Source: Adineta vaga (lineage: Eukaryota; Animalia; Rotifera). From it: 64,000 nucleotides of DNA. The stretch is taken from the NCBI GenBank assembly GCA_021613535.1, contig CP075494.1, positions 3,534,001-3,598,000 of the forward strand, given 5' to 3'. Below the pieces are notes generated by a model. The model was given only the letters and a program-made list of their open reading frames with translations, was not told the origin of the DNA and did not search any database. The position numbers were made by a program, and so were the translations under genes. This document shows, piece by piece, positions 46,577 to 58,430 of this stretch (position 1 is its first letter; each line of letters starts with the position of its first letter).

Positions 46577-49500
46577 ATGATTAAAATGAATCGAATAAGA
46601 AATATCTATGAATATCTTATTAAATTGAATTTAATCGATACAGAGACAGATGATTCACATAAGAAAACAAATGAAATTCTTTCAACAAGAATTTATATTA
46701 GTTTTCTTATAATTATATTATCTCTATTTGTATTATATTCAACACTATCAACTGAATCAAGTCTTATAGCAATTTCAAAACCAATACAAGAAAAATTTGA
46801 AGAATTACAATTGAAATATTCTTCTAGTTTAAAATGTCCATGTAAAAATTTATCAATTCCATATGAAGAATTTATCGACATAAAAGTACAATATAATGAA
46901 ATTTGTTTATCGAATTTTGTCAGTCAACAATGGATTGATTTGTTTTATTTTCAAAATCTAAGTTATTATCATCCATTGGATTTTCGTCGTAGTGCACCAT
47001 TTAAATTTCAACTTCTTCGAACATTATGTCAACAATCAAAACAAATAATTGATAATAATCTTGAACAATTTTATTCAAATCATTTTGTTACAAATCAACT
47101 TGTTTCAATGAATATATTTAATATTCAAATGGATTCTTTTATTAAAGTATTTCAACAAACAACATTTTCTTCTTTTCAAAATTTGATCAAACTACTACAA
47201 CAAACAATAACTTCAAATGTATTATTATCCGCAATAGAAACACATTTCATCTCAAAATTTGATCCAAATATAAACTTAATAACAATAACTTCAATTTGCT
47301 ATAATAATGATGAAATGACATCAATAAAGTTTATACAATGTGCTTGTAAAGATAAGTTCGAATGCATACTATCAGAAGGAATTTATTACAATATATATCC
47401 GTATGATTATTCTGAATGCGATTGGTATTATTTTCGAGAATCAAATAGAAATAGAACAATTCTCAATGGTATTCTACAGATACCTGGTATGTTTGCAGGT
47501 TGTTTACCAATCGAATCATTGATGTCTTCAACACTTGAATGGTTTTATGATCAAACATGTTTATAAAAAATTATTGCAAATATTCATTCTTCATCAAACT
47601 TAATTCGTAATTTCTCGATATTAACTCAATATTCACAAACAAAAAATCGAACTATTCAAAGTTTAGCTAATGAATTATTTGTTGAAGAATGGCATATCAA
47701 GAAATCCTATGAAAAAATATTTTAATTATTGTCAACCTTTATTTTGTCAATATACAGATAAATCAAGAAAGACTTTTTTAAATATCTTTACAATAACAAT
47801 CAGTTTATTTGGTGCTCTCAAAATTCTTCTCCCATTAGTTATAATAAATTTGGTCACAGTTCTTCGGAAAAGAAAACAAAGATTAACGAATACTAATGAC
47901 AATATTCCTTCAAGTAAGTCGATATTCAGATTCGTTCATATCGCAATCTAAAATCTAAAATTAATTTTTTTGTATTTAGTACCAATCCGAATTAGATTAT
48001 ATTTATTATTACAATCAATGAAAAATCTTCTTATCAAATCGAATATATTTAATAGTTATTCAACAGATGAATATAAACAAAAAAGTGAAATAATAGCAAC
48101 GAAAGTTTATTTTTTAATATTGATTATTTGTTTAATTACTTTTGCTTTTTACATATCTTCGGAAAAACAAACAAAAACAATATTTATTAATAATCCAAAA
48201 CAAATACAATTTGAAGAATTACAAAATAATTCATTTAAGGATCTTCAATGTCCATGTAATGAAATTTCAATAAAATATTCAGAATTTATTTTTCTATCAC
48301 CAACATATCATCAAATATGTTTAAGTATATTTGTTTCATTTTGGTAGAAGCAATGAGAAACAATATGGAAAGAAAAAGAACCGTGTTATACACCTGACTT
48401 TTATAATCTTGCATATCATTATTTTACTCTTTTGTCGACGTACTATCAATTAACAGAAGAAATCTCTTTAAATGAATTAAAAAGATTTTATTCTATACAA
48501 TATATAACATCGAATGTGGTTATAGAAAAAGAATTTACTTATGAAATAATATCATTTATAGAAACATTCAAAACTACAATACAAACATCGTTTAGTGAAA
48601 AATTAAATATTATTTAAAATGTTATTTTTAATAATCAAATAATGACTGAATTATATACAAACTGTATAGGCTATTTTGTATTTGGTGATACAATTAAACT
48701 TCAGTATGTATTCCGAGATAAGTATGATTGCTCGTGTGCAACTCATACAGCATGTGCTGAAACAGTTCAATTTTGCCGTGATAATATAAGCAATTTCATA
48801 TCAAATATTTATCTTACTTGTCACATGGTAGATTCATTATTATTATCAAAAACCGACTGTTTTTATAGTCAAGATTGTATAAATATAATTAAATATTATT
48901 TAAATACAGATAGAGAACTTTATGAACAATTAAAACCATTGAATATGTCAGAATCAAGTCAATATAAAACAAATGAAACTATCAAAACACTTGTTAATAA
49001 TTTATTTGTTGAATATTGGAATGAAATTTATTTCTATGAAAAATATTATAATTCTTGTAAACCATCCTATTGTTCATATAAAATTCAACAACGATCCGAT
49101 TTTATTTATATAATAACAAAATTAATAAATATAATACCAAATATTGTTCAATTAATTCGAAGAAAACGATAACAAAGAAGTAGAAATATCACTTTACATA
49201 ATTGATATTTGAATACATTAGTTTGTTTAGATATAACAAGATTTCATCAATTGCGTATCACTTTTCGATTAAATATAAGAAAATTAAACGAATTAAATTT
49301 ATTTCGAAATCAATCACATGATTCTCAAATAATACGACAACAAATCATCAGTACACGTTTATATTTAATTGCCTTCATTATTTCTCTATTTATTTTGGTT
49401 TTATATATATCATTGAATAAAAAACTTATTATAAATACAATTTCATTTACAAATTTAACTGAGTATGAACAAATACGTATTAAATATCCCAATAGTTTAA

Positions 49501-50451
49501 CTTGTCCATGTAATGAAATATCGATTAAATATGAAAAATTTATTAAATTTGAACAAATTTATCATCATGTTTGTTCATCATATTTTGTTAGTCAAGAATG
49601 GATTGATTATTTACATGTTGCAGAAAAGATAGATGAAGGTGATTTTCGTTCTACAGGATCATCTCAATTTCAAACTCTTGCATCCTTATGTCGATTAACA
49701 GAAGAAACAATTAATTTAAATTTACAACAATTTTATTCAACAACATGGATTAGTAACGAACTGATTTCAAATGATTTATTTAAAAAATCAACATTACAAA
49801 CATTCAAAGAAACATTTGATACGACTCGTGAAATTCTTCATTATGGAAATGCTCTTATATCAATTTTTCAAACTAATTGGAAGTTTATTTCTTACTATGA
49901 TCAGAACCATAAATCGCCATTTTATACAAATCCAATGACATATAATAATCAATCATGTACATGTGCAACTTCATTACATTGTTCGGAACCGTTGATACTT
50001 AATGATAAGCTTGTCATCGGTCTTTTTATTGGTTGTTATCCAGTCGAAGCTACATTACAATCTTCATTGAAATGTTTTTATCATAGGGAATGTATCATTT
50101 TGATTCAATCAAGTTTTATTCAAGAACCATTAATTAGAACTAATCGATAGATAAATAAATATGAAAAAAAATGAAAGTATTCAACAAATGGTTGATCGAT
50201 AGTTTGTAGATGAATGGTATATGAATGACTCATATGAGAATTATTTTCAAAGATGTCAACCAACGCATTGTACTTATTCATTTATACAAAATTTTGATAC
50301 ATTCTATATAACAATAACTATTTTAGATTTATATGGAGGTTTAAATATTATATTAAGTCTGATTATTCCATTTATGATTCATATCATATTTACAATTTAT
50401 TATAGAAGAAGTCAAATAATAATTGTACCAGTTTCACCAATATCTGATTAA
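46577..50451 (+). pseudogene. Large multi-pass membrane protein with three tandem Cys-rich modules (rotifer-expanded family), several stops and frameshifts
   Basis: Three repeats of STR(I/L)Y-TM-...L(K/Q/T)CPC..SI.Y..F...C.S.FVS..W...GC.P.E.L..S...F.E.W...Y...CQP..C.Y-TM; stops at 47564, 48345, 48615, 50148; introns near 47915 and 49180. Confidence 0.8.
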
Positions 50452-50720
50452 TTTGTATATCTAATAAACAACAAACACTCATCCCTTTTGGATTCGTTAA
50501 CCCTTTTCTGAAACAACTATAACAATGTTCAAGATATTTCGATACTTTGACGAGTAACAAGAAACGTGACGTAAACCTTGCAATAAAGATCTTCTACTGT
50601 AAGGATGTGATCAGATTGATCACTACTGGTGATAGGGAACTGCAAAGTGGTTTCGGTCCCGTCAATTTTTTTATCAAGTATGAGAAGGTTAATTTACAAC
50701 TAAAAATCTAAACAGATGTC

Positions 50721-50785
50721 GTGGTCGGTGCGTATGAGTAGAGAGGATACATCAACATTCTCACTTTCACCCACACCACTCTCAT
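50721..50785. repeat. Telomere-like inverted element (degenerate left arm)
   Basis: GTGGTCGGTGCGTATGAGT-AGAGAGGATAC...-TCACCCACACCACTCTCAT; right end matches the 27398 copy. Confidence 0.6.
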
Positions 50786-52002
50786 GTTAGAACCCTAAGC
50801 TTTCTAGAACAGAAATATTCAGACTTTTAGAACGTCAGTGTATTGATGTTCTGTCTTTGCTCTCATTTACGTCATTATACAGGTACAACTTGCATCATTA
50901 TATTTATTGCATGGAAGAAGCAGAATGTAAACAAAATATGACACACTTATTACAGTTAATTATATTGAAGAGAACTGCTCTGCTTCATCAGAAATCAATA
51001 TTAAAGTCATAGTGAACGATAATTTTATTGTAACATCATGTATGCAAACAGTAAAATACGGAAAAAAGTGTCACAACCTGTTAACTTCACTTCATCATCC
51101 GTGCTCGTCGTAAACAAGAGCGGAAAAAAATTCTTAACAACCTGTAAAGTTACGAATGACTGATGACCATCATTACTTCCACGTTAATTGGAAATTAATT
51201 TTGATAGATTGATAAATGCAATGGTTTCTGTATATATTTTATTGCTAACAATCACAGTTATTCTCTAGTTGAATTTTAGAATTTCAGAGAAGCACTACCA
51301 CCAACAGAGATTCGAAAAATGCGCAAACTCAGTGGAATGAGTAAGTACACAGTTGAACATTATTTTAACGTCGTTGCTCAAATGTATGCTTCAATCGATG
51401 AAAACAATCCGCAAGTTCTTCGTACTGTTTATGGCAGAGTGCAACAGCATCATATGACGTCTCCCTTGGCCAATCAAACTAGTCAAGACAATGGTTATTC
51501 CCTAATCTCAAGTCCACATCTATTCAGACAACATAATCCTGTCAGCTTCTGTTATATTCTTATAAGAAATTTATTTTTAAATTAAAACGTGAAAATGAAA
51601 TTTTTCTTGTGTAGATTTTTACGTACTTATATATAGTAGAAGGCGTACTCGAACATTGTTTAATAATTTATAGAGTTGGAAATAAAATTTTGCCACGGAG
51701 GTATCCTCATTAGCTTACGTACGAAACATAATGAATTTAATATCAAATGGAAGTTCATAAAAAACGGGATTTGTTGATACTAAAAAGTTTGAATCAAAAG
51801 TGATATAATGTTCTTTTTTATTTTTTTTATATGAGAAATACAATCAATAATCAGTGTGACGACCATTAGATTTCATCACTGCTCTCTATCAAGATGGATA
51901 TGAGCATAGAAGAGTTTCAAATAAATCGGTGTCGGTTTCCATGTTGGTGAAAACATCAGAAATATGCATATTGTGTATCTCTTCAAGGTAACGAGAGTGT
52001 TT

Positions 52003-52742
52003 AATTTTGAGATAACATTCTTTTCTCCACTTCATTCTTGATTATTGCTCCATTAATATCATTGCCCTGAAATACAAAAACGCGAAAAATAGAAACAAAG
52101 TTTGATTTTCCAATAAAACTTACACTTACTCTTCTCTTTTGGAATTGTTTTCATTTGTAAATTGTTCATTGTCGATGCCAAAGATTGTTGTTGATCATCT
52201 TCTCCTTCATAAGCTGTGTAACCAGAAACATTTCTTCCATTTAACGCTTCAATCATATAAAATGTACAATTCTGCTGATTTCTATGAAATTATTTGATAA
52301 CTTTCACCGAACTTGAGTAAGAATTCACTGTCCACCATGTTAATAATTGATTTGCAGTAAAGATTTGTCCAACATTGAGAGGAACACCTCTCCACACTCC
52401 TTCTCTCTCTTTTGGTAATTTGTCTAAAGCTGAATCAAATAATTTCAATTGAGAAAACCAAATTTTCATGGCACAGAGCTGCACTTAAAACACGATATAA
52501 TAATCGTTTTACCTGATTCCATTGTATAAATATAAATGGAAGCAAATTCATCATGTCTTAAACCATGTTCAGATGGAAAATGACAATTTTTCTCTGCCAC
52601 TTTGATAAACTGATCTAAACTCTCAATTAGAATTAGAATTTGTTCTAAAACATTTTTCTAATGAAACAATTTGTTGGATATGATAACCATAAGCAGCTGG
52701 AAGTTTTTTAAATGACCAATCAATATCACCAAAACGATTCAT
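52003..52742 (-). pseudogene. Stand-alone ADP-ribosyltransferase (ART) gene, disrupted
   Basis: MNRFGDID..KKLPAAYGY; HFPSEHGLRHDEFASIYIYTME; LKLFDSALDKLP..VWRGV..TWWTVNSYS; MIEALNGRNVSGYT; the catalytic ExE segment appears deleted; 3' end approximate. Confidence 0.75.
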
Positions 52743-53462
52743 TTGAAATATTTTCTCTAAAAGAAAGAGATAAATTTCGAAAACGTCAATAGAAAAGATT
52801 TGAAATTAAAAGAAACGATTATTTCTTTTGGCTTTCGGAATGGTCTCTCGTGAGATAAATGGTTTTACTTCGAAAATGAGAAAAGAATCAAATTGTTTTT
52901 TTTTCTAACAAAACTATTTTCGAAAATGTTTCATAATAAAAATCGAAATTGAAAATCATTTTGTTTTTTATTGTGAAAATAACTTTGAGTATCAGAATAT
53001 CTTTGAATGATGCAAGAAGATTTTTAAAAATTATTTTTTTAGCAAAAAAAAGTAAGATAAGAATGTTGTACAAAGATAAAAGCCCATGATAAGATACTTG
53101 ACTAACAAAAATGATCTAAAATTTTAAATTTTATTTTTGATCAATTAATTGATTCGACTCTTATCGATCTTTAGAAAATATAGTTATATAGGCTCTCAAC
53201 ATTTTCTGAAGAAATAATCGAAACATCCAACAAATATGTTCATTTTTATTCAATTTATTTTCACAAATACATAAAACATCTACCAATGGTAGAAAAGCAC
53301 ATATGACTCATGAGAAAACTATGTGCCGTACCACTTCGTCATTCCAAATATTCGGTCATGCTGTTAAGCGTGCGTAAAGAATGGTACGAAACGTAGTTTA
53401 CCCGTTAGGATGTGTGAAGCAGATAGAGTCTGTCGACGAATGATAATTACTTTTTCATAAAA

Positions 53463-55445
53463 CTACAAAAATTTTTGAAAATAATCAATATTATTGAGTA
53501 CATGTGTTGTAGAAGGATGTTGAGGAGGAAGAGATTTCTGAAAGATTTCTAGTGCTAGACGATAATGTTTTAGTGCAAGATCATAGTAACCGAGAGAATA
53601 ATAGGCTTCTCCAATATTGTTATGTGATTTACCCAAATCTGGATGATCGGCTGGAAGATGTTTTTCTAGAATAGTCACTCCTTTCTGATGACAATCAAGT
53701 GCCTCTGAATGTTTTTTTTCTAAATGATAGACAAGACCCATGTTACCGAGGCCATAAGCTACCTTTGTATGATCTTCACCAAAAGCTTGCTTTACAATCA
53801 TCAATGCATTCCCGTACGATTCTAATGCTCGTTGAAAATCAAGTTTCTTTCGATGAGCATTTCCAATGCTGTTGTAAGCCTTTGCAATATCTGGATGATT
53901 TGATTTCAATGTTTGCTGCATGATTGCAAGCGATTTTTCATGCCACTCAAGACTCGAATCATAATCACCTTTTTCATGAGCTACTCTACCGAGTGCATGA
54001 TAACAAATCTCTATATCTGCATGATCATTGGGTAGTTCATTGAGTAATCGATGATAGTATTTATTCGCATCGTCAAATTTGCCCATATCACGAAGCACAT
54101 GACCAAATGAGGGAAGATTTGTTTCTCCACCACCCGCTAATTGATTTTTCATATGATCAAAAATCGTTTTTAAATCATGATCATTATCACTACGAAGAGT
54201 CATTCGAATTATCCATCCTTGAGTCTCATCATAAGAAATATTATTAAGTCGAAAGATCGATCCCAACATCATTAATACTTCTTCTTCTTCTTGAGGAAAA
54301 TTACTGAGCAAAGAGATGTTAGCGAATGGTTTCACACCTTCTTTTGTACAATCAGCATCGATTTCGAATAATACTCTTTGTAAATCGTCATTAACAATAG
54401 ATTCACCAAGATAGAAAGTTGCTAGTGAACGATTAATACTTGTCGAGAGAAATGAATTCATCGAAATAAGTTGTCCAATTGAATCTTGTAGTACTTGCAA
54501 TTCTTTGTTGGACATTAATTGAGCACGATAAAGAAGAAGAGATGATGAGCATCGATATTGATTGAGCTCTCGTTCGATGTCACGAATAAAGAATCGAAAA
54601 AGAAAGAGTAAATCGATGTTTTGTTCACGAAGAGCTTTATTCAATAATCGATAAAGAAATGTTTCTCTTGTATACCACCATAATGATCGATCCGATGTAT
54701 AATTTTGTTCAAATTCACGAACAATGGCTAGTTGAGTATCATTGTTATAATACTCTCGTTGACATAATGCCATAAGGTCATTCTTATCAGTCAAATTCGA
54801 TTTCATTCGAAGCAGAGAATCGATAAGTAATTGTGAATCAACGAATTGACCATTGAGTTTGCCTGTCGATTGTCCATAATCAGCATTTGTATTAAAAATA
54901 TTAATTGAAATTGGTTCATCAACTTTATTTTGTATTCTTCGAATTTGATCAGATTGAATCTGAGTAATTAGGTCATTCAATTGAAAGATGATACCCTTCA
55001 CCTAAAATACACAATATATCATATCGATATTGATCGGTAATAATTCAGAATGAATTTTTTAAAGAAAATATCAAAGAGTTTCGTAGGATAATGAGTTAAA
55101 CTTATTTATTTGTTCGATAGACGAAATTAAATATACCTTATTGAATGATTTAGTCCATTGTTGATATTTTTGTTAGTCTGTACAGTAGGCATAAATCGTG
55201 GAAACTTGACGGAGTTGGTGAATTCGAGGCACTATTTGTTGACCGAATTGATTATTAACAATCAAGACAATTCGATCTTGTTGAGAAAGCGATCGAATAT
55301 GTTGTTCACATTGATCACTTTCCTTGAATATTTCCAAATGATTGATTGATGATCGAAGTTTTAGTTGTGCCTTAATATTTTCCTTTGAATCGACAGAAGA
55401 ATCAAGCCAAAGAAGAGAATATGTTTCAAGATTGTTCGTGGACAT
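53463..55445 (-). pseudogene. ADP-ribosyltransferase domain + TPR-repeat protein, two exons, single in-frame TAA in exon 1 (55173-55175)
   Basis: Exon 1 MSTNNLETYSLLWLD...YAYCTD*QKYQQWTKSFNK; intron 55002-55136; exon 2 VKGII...WWYTRE..LYRAQ..FLSTS..QEEEEVL plus about 5 TPRs (HPDIAKAYNSIG, HPDLGKSHNNIG). Confidence 0.88.
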
Positions 55446-55696
55446 TTTAGACGATGTTTTCTCTTTTAATAAAAACAATTGATCAGCGACAGCCTTTTTC
55501 TTATCTCTCTCGCTCATGAATTTCCTCCCTCGTTCTCTTTCTTTTGATTGCACGTATATAAGCTTGTGTTTTCGTATGTAAAAGATGCGATTAATGTTAG
55601 GAAGAAATAAAGAATGACAAGATTCCATCAGAAATCGTCACATATATAAGCGGATTTTTTCCGTTTGTGTTATTATCTAACTTCAGAATTTTGTAT

Positions 55697-55751
55697 TTGT
55701 GTGTGTGTGTGGGCACTTTACTTCTCTTCATACCGACACCCACATCCTCAA
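55697..55751. repeat. Telomere-like inverted element
   Basis: TTGTGTGTGTGTGTGGG-CACTTTACTTCTCTTCAT-ACCGACACCCACATCCTCAA. Confidence 0.7.
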
Positions 55752-55905
55752 TTGTACCCTTTGTCACACTCGTCATGAGGATATTGTAATCACTTGTTGG
55801 ATGATCTATAAAGAAGAAATTGATCGAATAAATGTGATCATGTATTAAAAAACATCGTTATTTTTATTGTCATTAGAGGATGAGACAATTTGTACACATA
55901 CAATC

Positions 55906-55963
55906 TTGAAGGTGTAGATGTGGGCGAAGATACAATAAGAACCAACCTTACCCACACCCTCAA
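55906..55963. repeat. Telomere-like inverted element
   Basis: TTGAAGGTGTAGATGTGGG-spacer-ACCTTACCCACACCCTCAA. Confidence 0.8.
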
Positions 55964-55994
55964 GTCGAATGATTCTTTCGATAAGATGAGAATA

Positions 55995-56950
55995 TTATTG
56001 AAGAATATTTTGATTGTTAATAATTGGAATAACTTTTGTTTTTCGACGACAAAAATGAATTTGTGGTGTTATATAAATTACAGCTACACTTGATGTGAAA
56101 ACACATATGGATACGCTTAATACAAGAACACGATAAAAACAAGGAACAAGTTCATTTGTAAAAGCTAAAATTAATAACATAATACAAGTTGGAAAACCAT
56201 AAATACCTAACATAAAAATATGAATAATAATACGACGAAAAATAATCATATCACGGTAACGAGATCGTTTAATTTGAATAAGATTTGAATTTAAACTTTG
56301 TTGACGTAAAAAATGAGTAAGTCGAATATAGATCAATGTTATTAATAGAAAAGGTATTCCATATATTGTTAAAATTGAATATGCGATACTTCGAGAATCA
56401 TATTTTGATACTAAACAAGCATTTTCACTAAGAATGAATTGATGACCATGCCAAATTAATAATGGAAGATTTAATAAAAAGGAACAAAGCCAAATGAATG
56501 GAATTATTAACCAATATGTACGAAAATTTAAAAGGTATTCTTGAGTAACATAAACAATACGATGAAGACGAAAAATAGCCTAAAAAATTCGATTTTATTT
56601 TCAGAAAAAAAAAGAGGAGAAACATGATTCATTACTTGTAAAATAAATGAGAGATAAACAGCAGACATAAATGCATAAAAAATATATGATTGAATACGAC
56701 AAATTAATGTTTCTTTTTCATTATTAAATTCATTTAAATCACCTTGAAATATTCGAATATTTATTGTAAATGTTAAAATACCAAGAAGAAATAAAACAAT
56801 ATAGTTATTTGTACAAAGAAGTAATTGAATATTATAAAGAGTTTTTCGTCGTAATAAAATACATATTAATATAATCATTGTTGTTATTGTACCTAATATA
56901 CTTATTATTAATGAAAGAATATTTATTGCAAAACATATTTTGTTATTCAT
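55995..56950 (-). CDS. Rhodopsin-like 7TM GPCR, two exons (intron about 56580-56635)
   Basis: Exon 1 TM1-3 ending SFILQ; exon 2 AIFRLHRIVY...IYGIPFLLITLIYIRL...RDMIIFRRI is open to the stop. Confidence 0.8.
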
Positions 56951-57506
56951 TGAAAGAAAATAAAATAAAAAATGAAGAAAATATTAATGAGTTTAGATCT
57001 TTTTTTTCTGAAAAAGAAAGAATGTCAATCAAAGTGATGCATGAAAAGTTTTAATTATCTTTATCTTCTTCATAAGAAAATTAGTTTTATTTTCATTAAT
57101 GATACAATACCGATAATCTTTTATGTCTCACACTCAATTTCATCCACCGATATTTCCAACAGAATATTGACAGTGTCCGTATCCAAGTGATTTCTCAATT
57201 AAAACATTGTATCTTCATTCTCAATACATTGTTACAATCATCAATCGTTTCAAATCTTGATGAACAAATTCAGCTTAGGAAAAATGGTAAACAGTATCAA
57301 ACCTGTTTTTGAACCCTTATGTTCTCGAGTGGGAAAATCTTGCTATGTTCTTGACAAGCAGACGCGAGATATGAGAAAGGAAGAACGAAATAGATAAATA
57401 AAAATAAGATTTTTTATTAAACTAATATCTTACTATACATATAAGTGAATATAAGTAAGGAAAAAAAATCTTTTGTGACAAAATTAAATAGAATACATTA
57501 TGATTT

Positions 57507-58430
57507 TTATAAATGATTATTGATTTGTTTCGAAAATGTTTTCATTTGTCTCTCTCGTATATTTATTGTATGAATAGGTGTAACAAGTGTTGGTTGACGT
57601 TGAAAATGACTTCGAATAGTTTGTCGTATTTCTCGATCTAATAAAATGCTAAATAATGCCGTTAGTGTAACAGAAAACATTGCACAAACAAGACTTATAT
57701 GATAGAGTGTACCGGATGAAACGAACCAGAGCATTACACTTGGCACTATACCAATAATAACAATACTAATAAAAACCAAGATATTTCGAAGAATTTTTAA
57801 ATCCTTTCTTGAATTCTGAAGTGAATTAGCTGTTGTTGTTGTGATATTTCGTTTTATTTTACGAACTCGAATCATAATACAAATATAAATGAGAACTACC
57901 ACTAAAAATGGTACTAAAAGGTTGATAATCTGAAAATAGGCGTCGACTGCTTCATATCCTCCGATTATTAAACACAGTATTCCCGGATAGTAACGAGCTG
58001 TATCCAATATAAGCACGGGTAATGTAATGATCAATACCATTAACCATTGAATCAATATCATTATATAATGTGTTCGAAATGTTGTTAACCATCGATATTT
58101 TGTTGATAAAATTGAAAAAAAGAAACGAGATATGGCTTGAGTCGTATATGAATGCATCATTCCTCCAATTGAAACATAAGTAAAATAAGATCGTAATCGA
58201 CAAGTAAAATTACTTGTATCCGAAAGAATAAAAATAGCATGAATATAACCAATTATATAAATAATTGAAAGATACATTGATGCAAATGATGTATTACAAA
58301 TAAGTAAATGATTGACTGTATGTAAACGAGGTTTTGTTCGATAAACAAAGATGAAAATAAATAAATCAATAATGATACAGATAACACCAAATATTGTTGA
58401 AAGAAGAGCTGCTGTTTGAAATTCATTCAT
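57507..58430 (-). CDS. Rhodopsin-like 7TM GPCR, intronless
   Basis: Seven hydrophobic segments; NHLLICNT, CRLRSY, QAISRFF, KDLKILRNI; first ATG at MNEFQ. Confidence 0.85.
   Translation of the reverse strand: MNEFQTAALLSTIFGVICIIIDLFIFIFVYRTKPRLHTVNHLLICNTSFASMYLSIIYIIGYIHAIFILSDTSNFTCRLRSYFTYVSIGGMMHSYTTQAISRFFFSILSTKYRWLTTFRTHYIMILIQWLMVLIITLPVLILDTARYYPGILCLIIGGYEAVDAYFQIINLLVPFLVVVLIYICIMIRVRKIKRNITTTTANSLQNSRKDLKILRNILVFISIVIIGIVPSVMLWFVSSGTLYHISLVCAMFSVTLTALFSILLDREIRQTIRSHFQRQPTLVTPIHTINIRERQMKTFSKQINNHL

Noticed and set aside
51319-51585. 88-aa ORF
   Set aside because: Possibly an isolated exon, but it has no recognisable motif or partner exons.
2774-55175. Alternative genetic code explaining the in-frame stops
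   Set aside because: All three stop codons occur as lesions and also end intact genes, Trp is normally TGG, and frameshifts co-occur.
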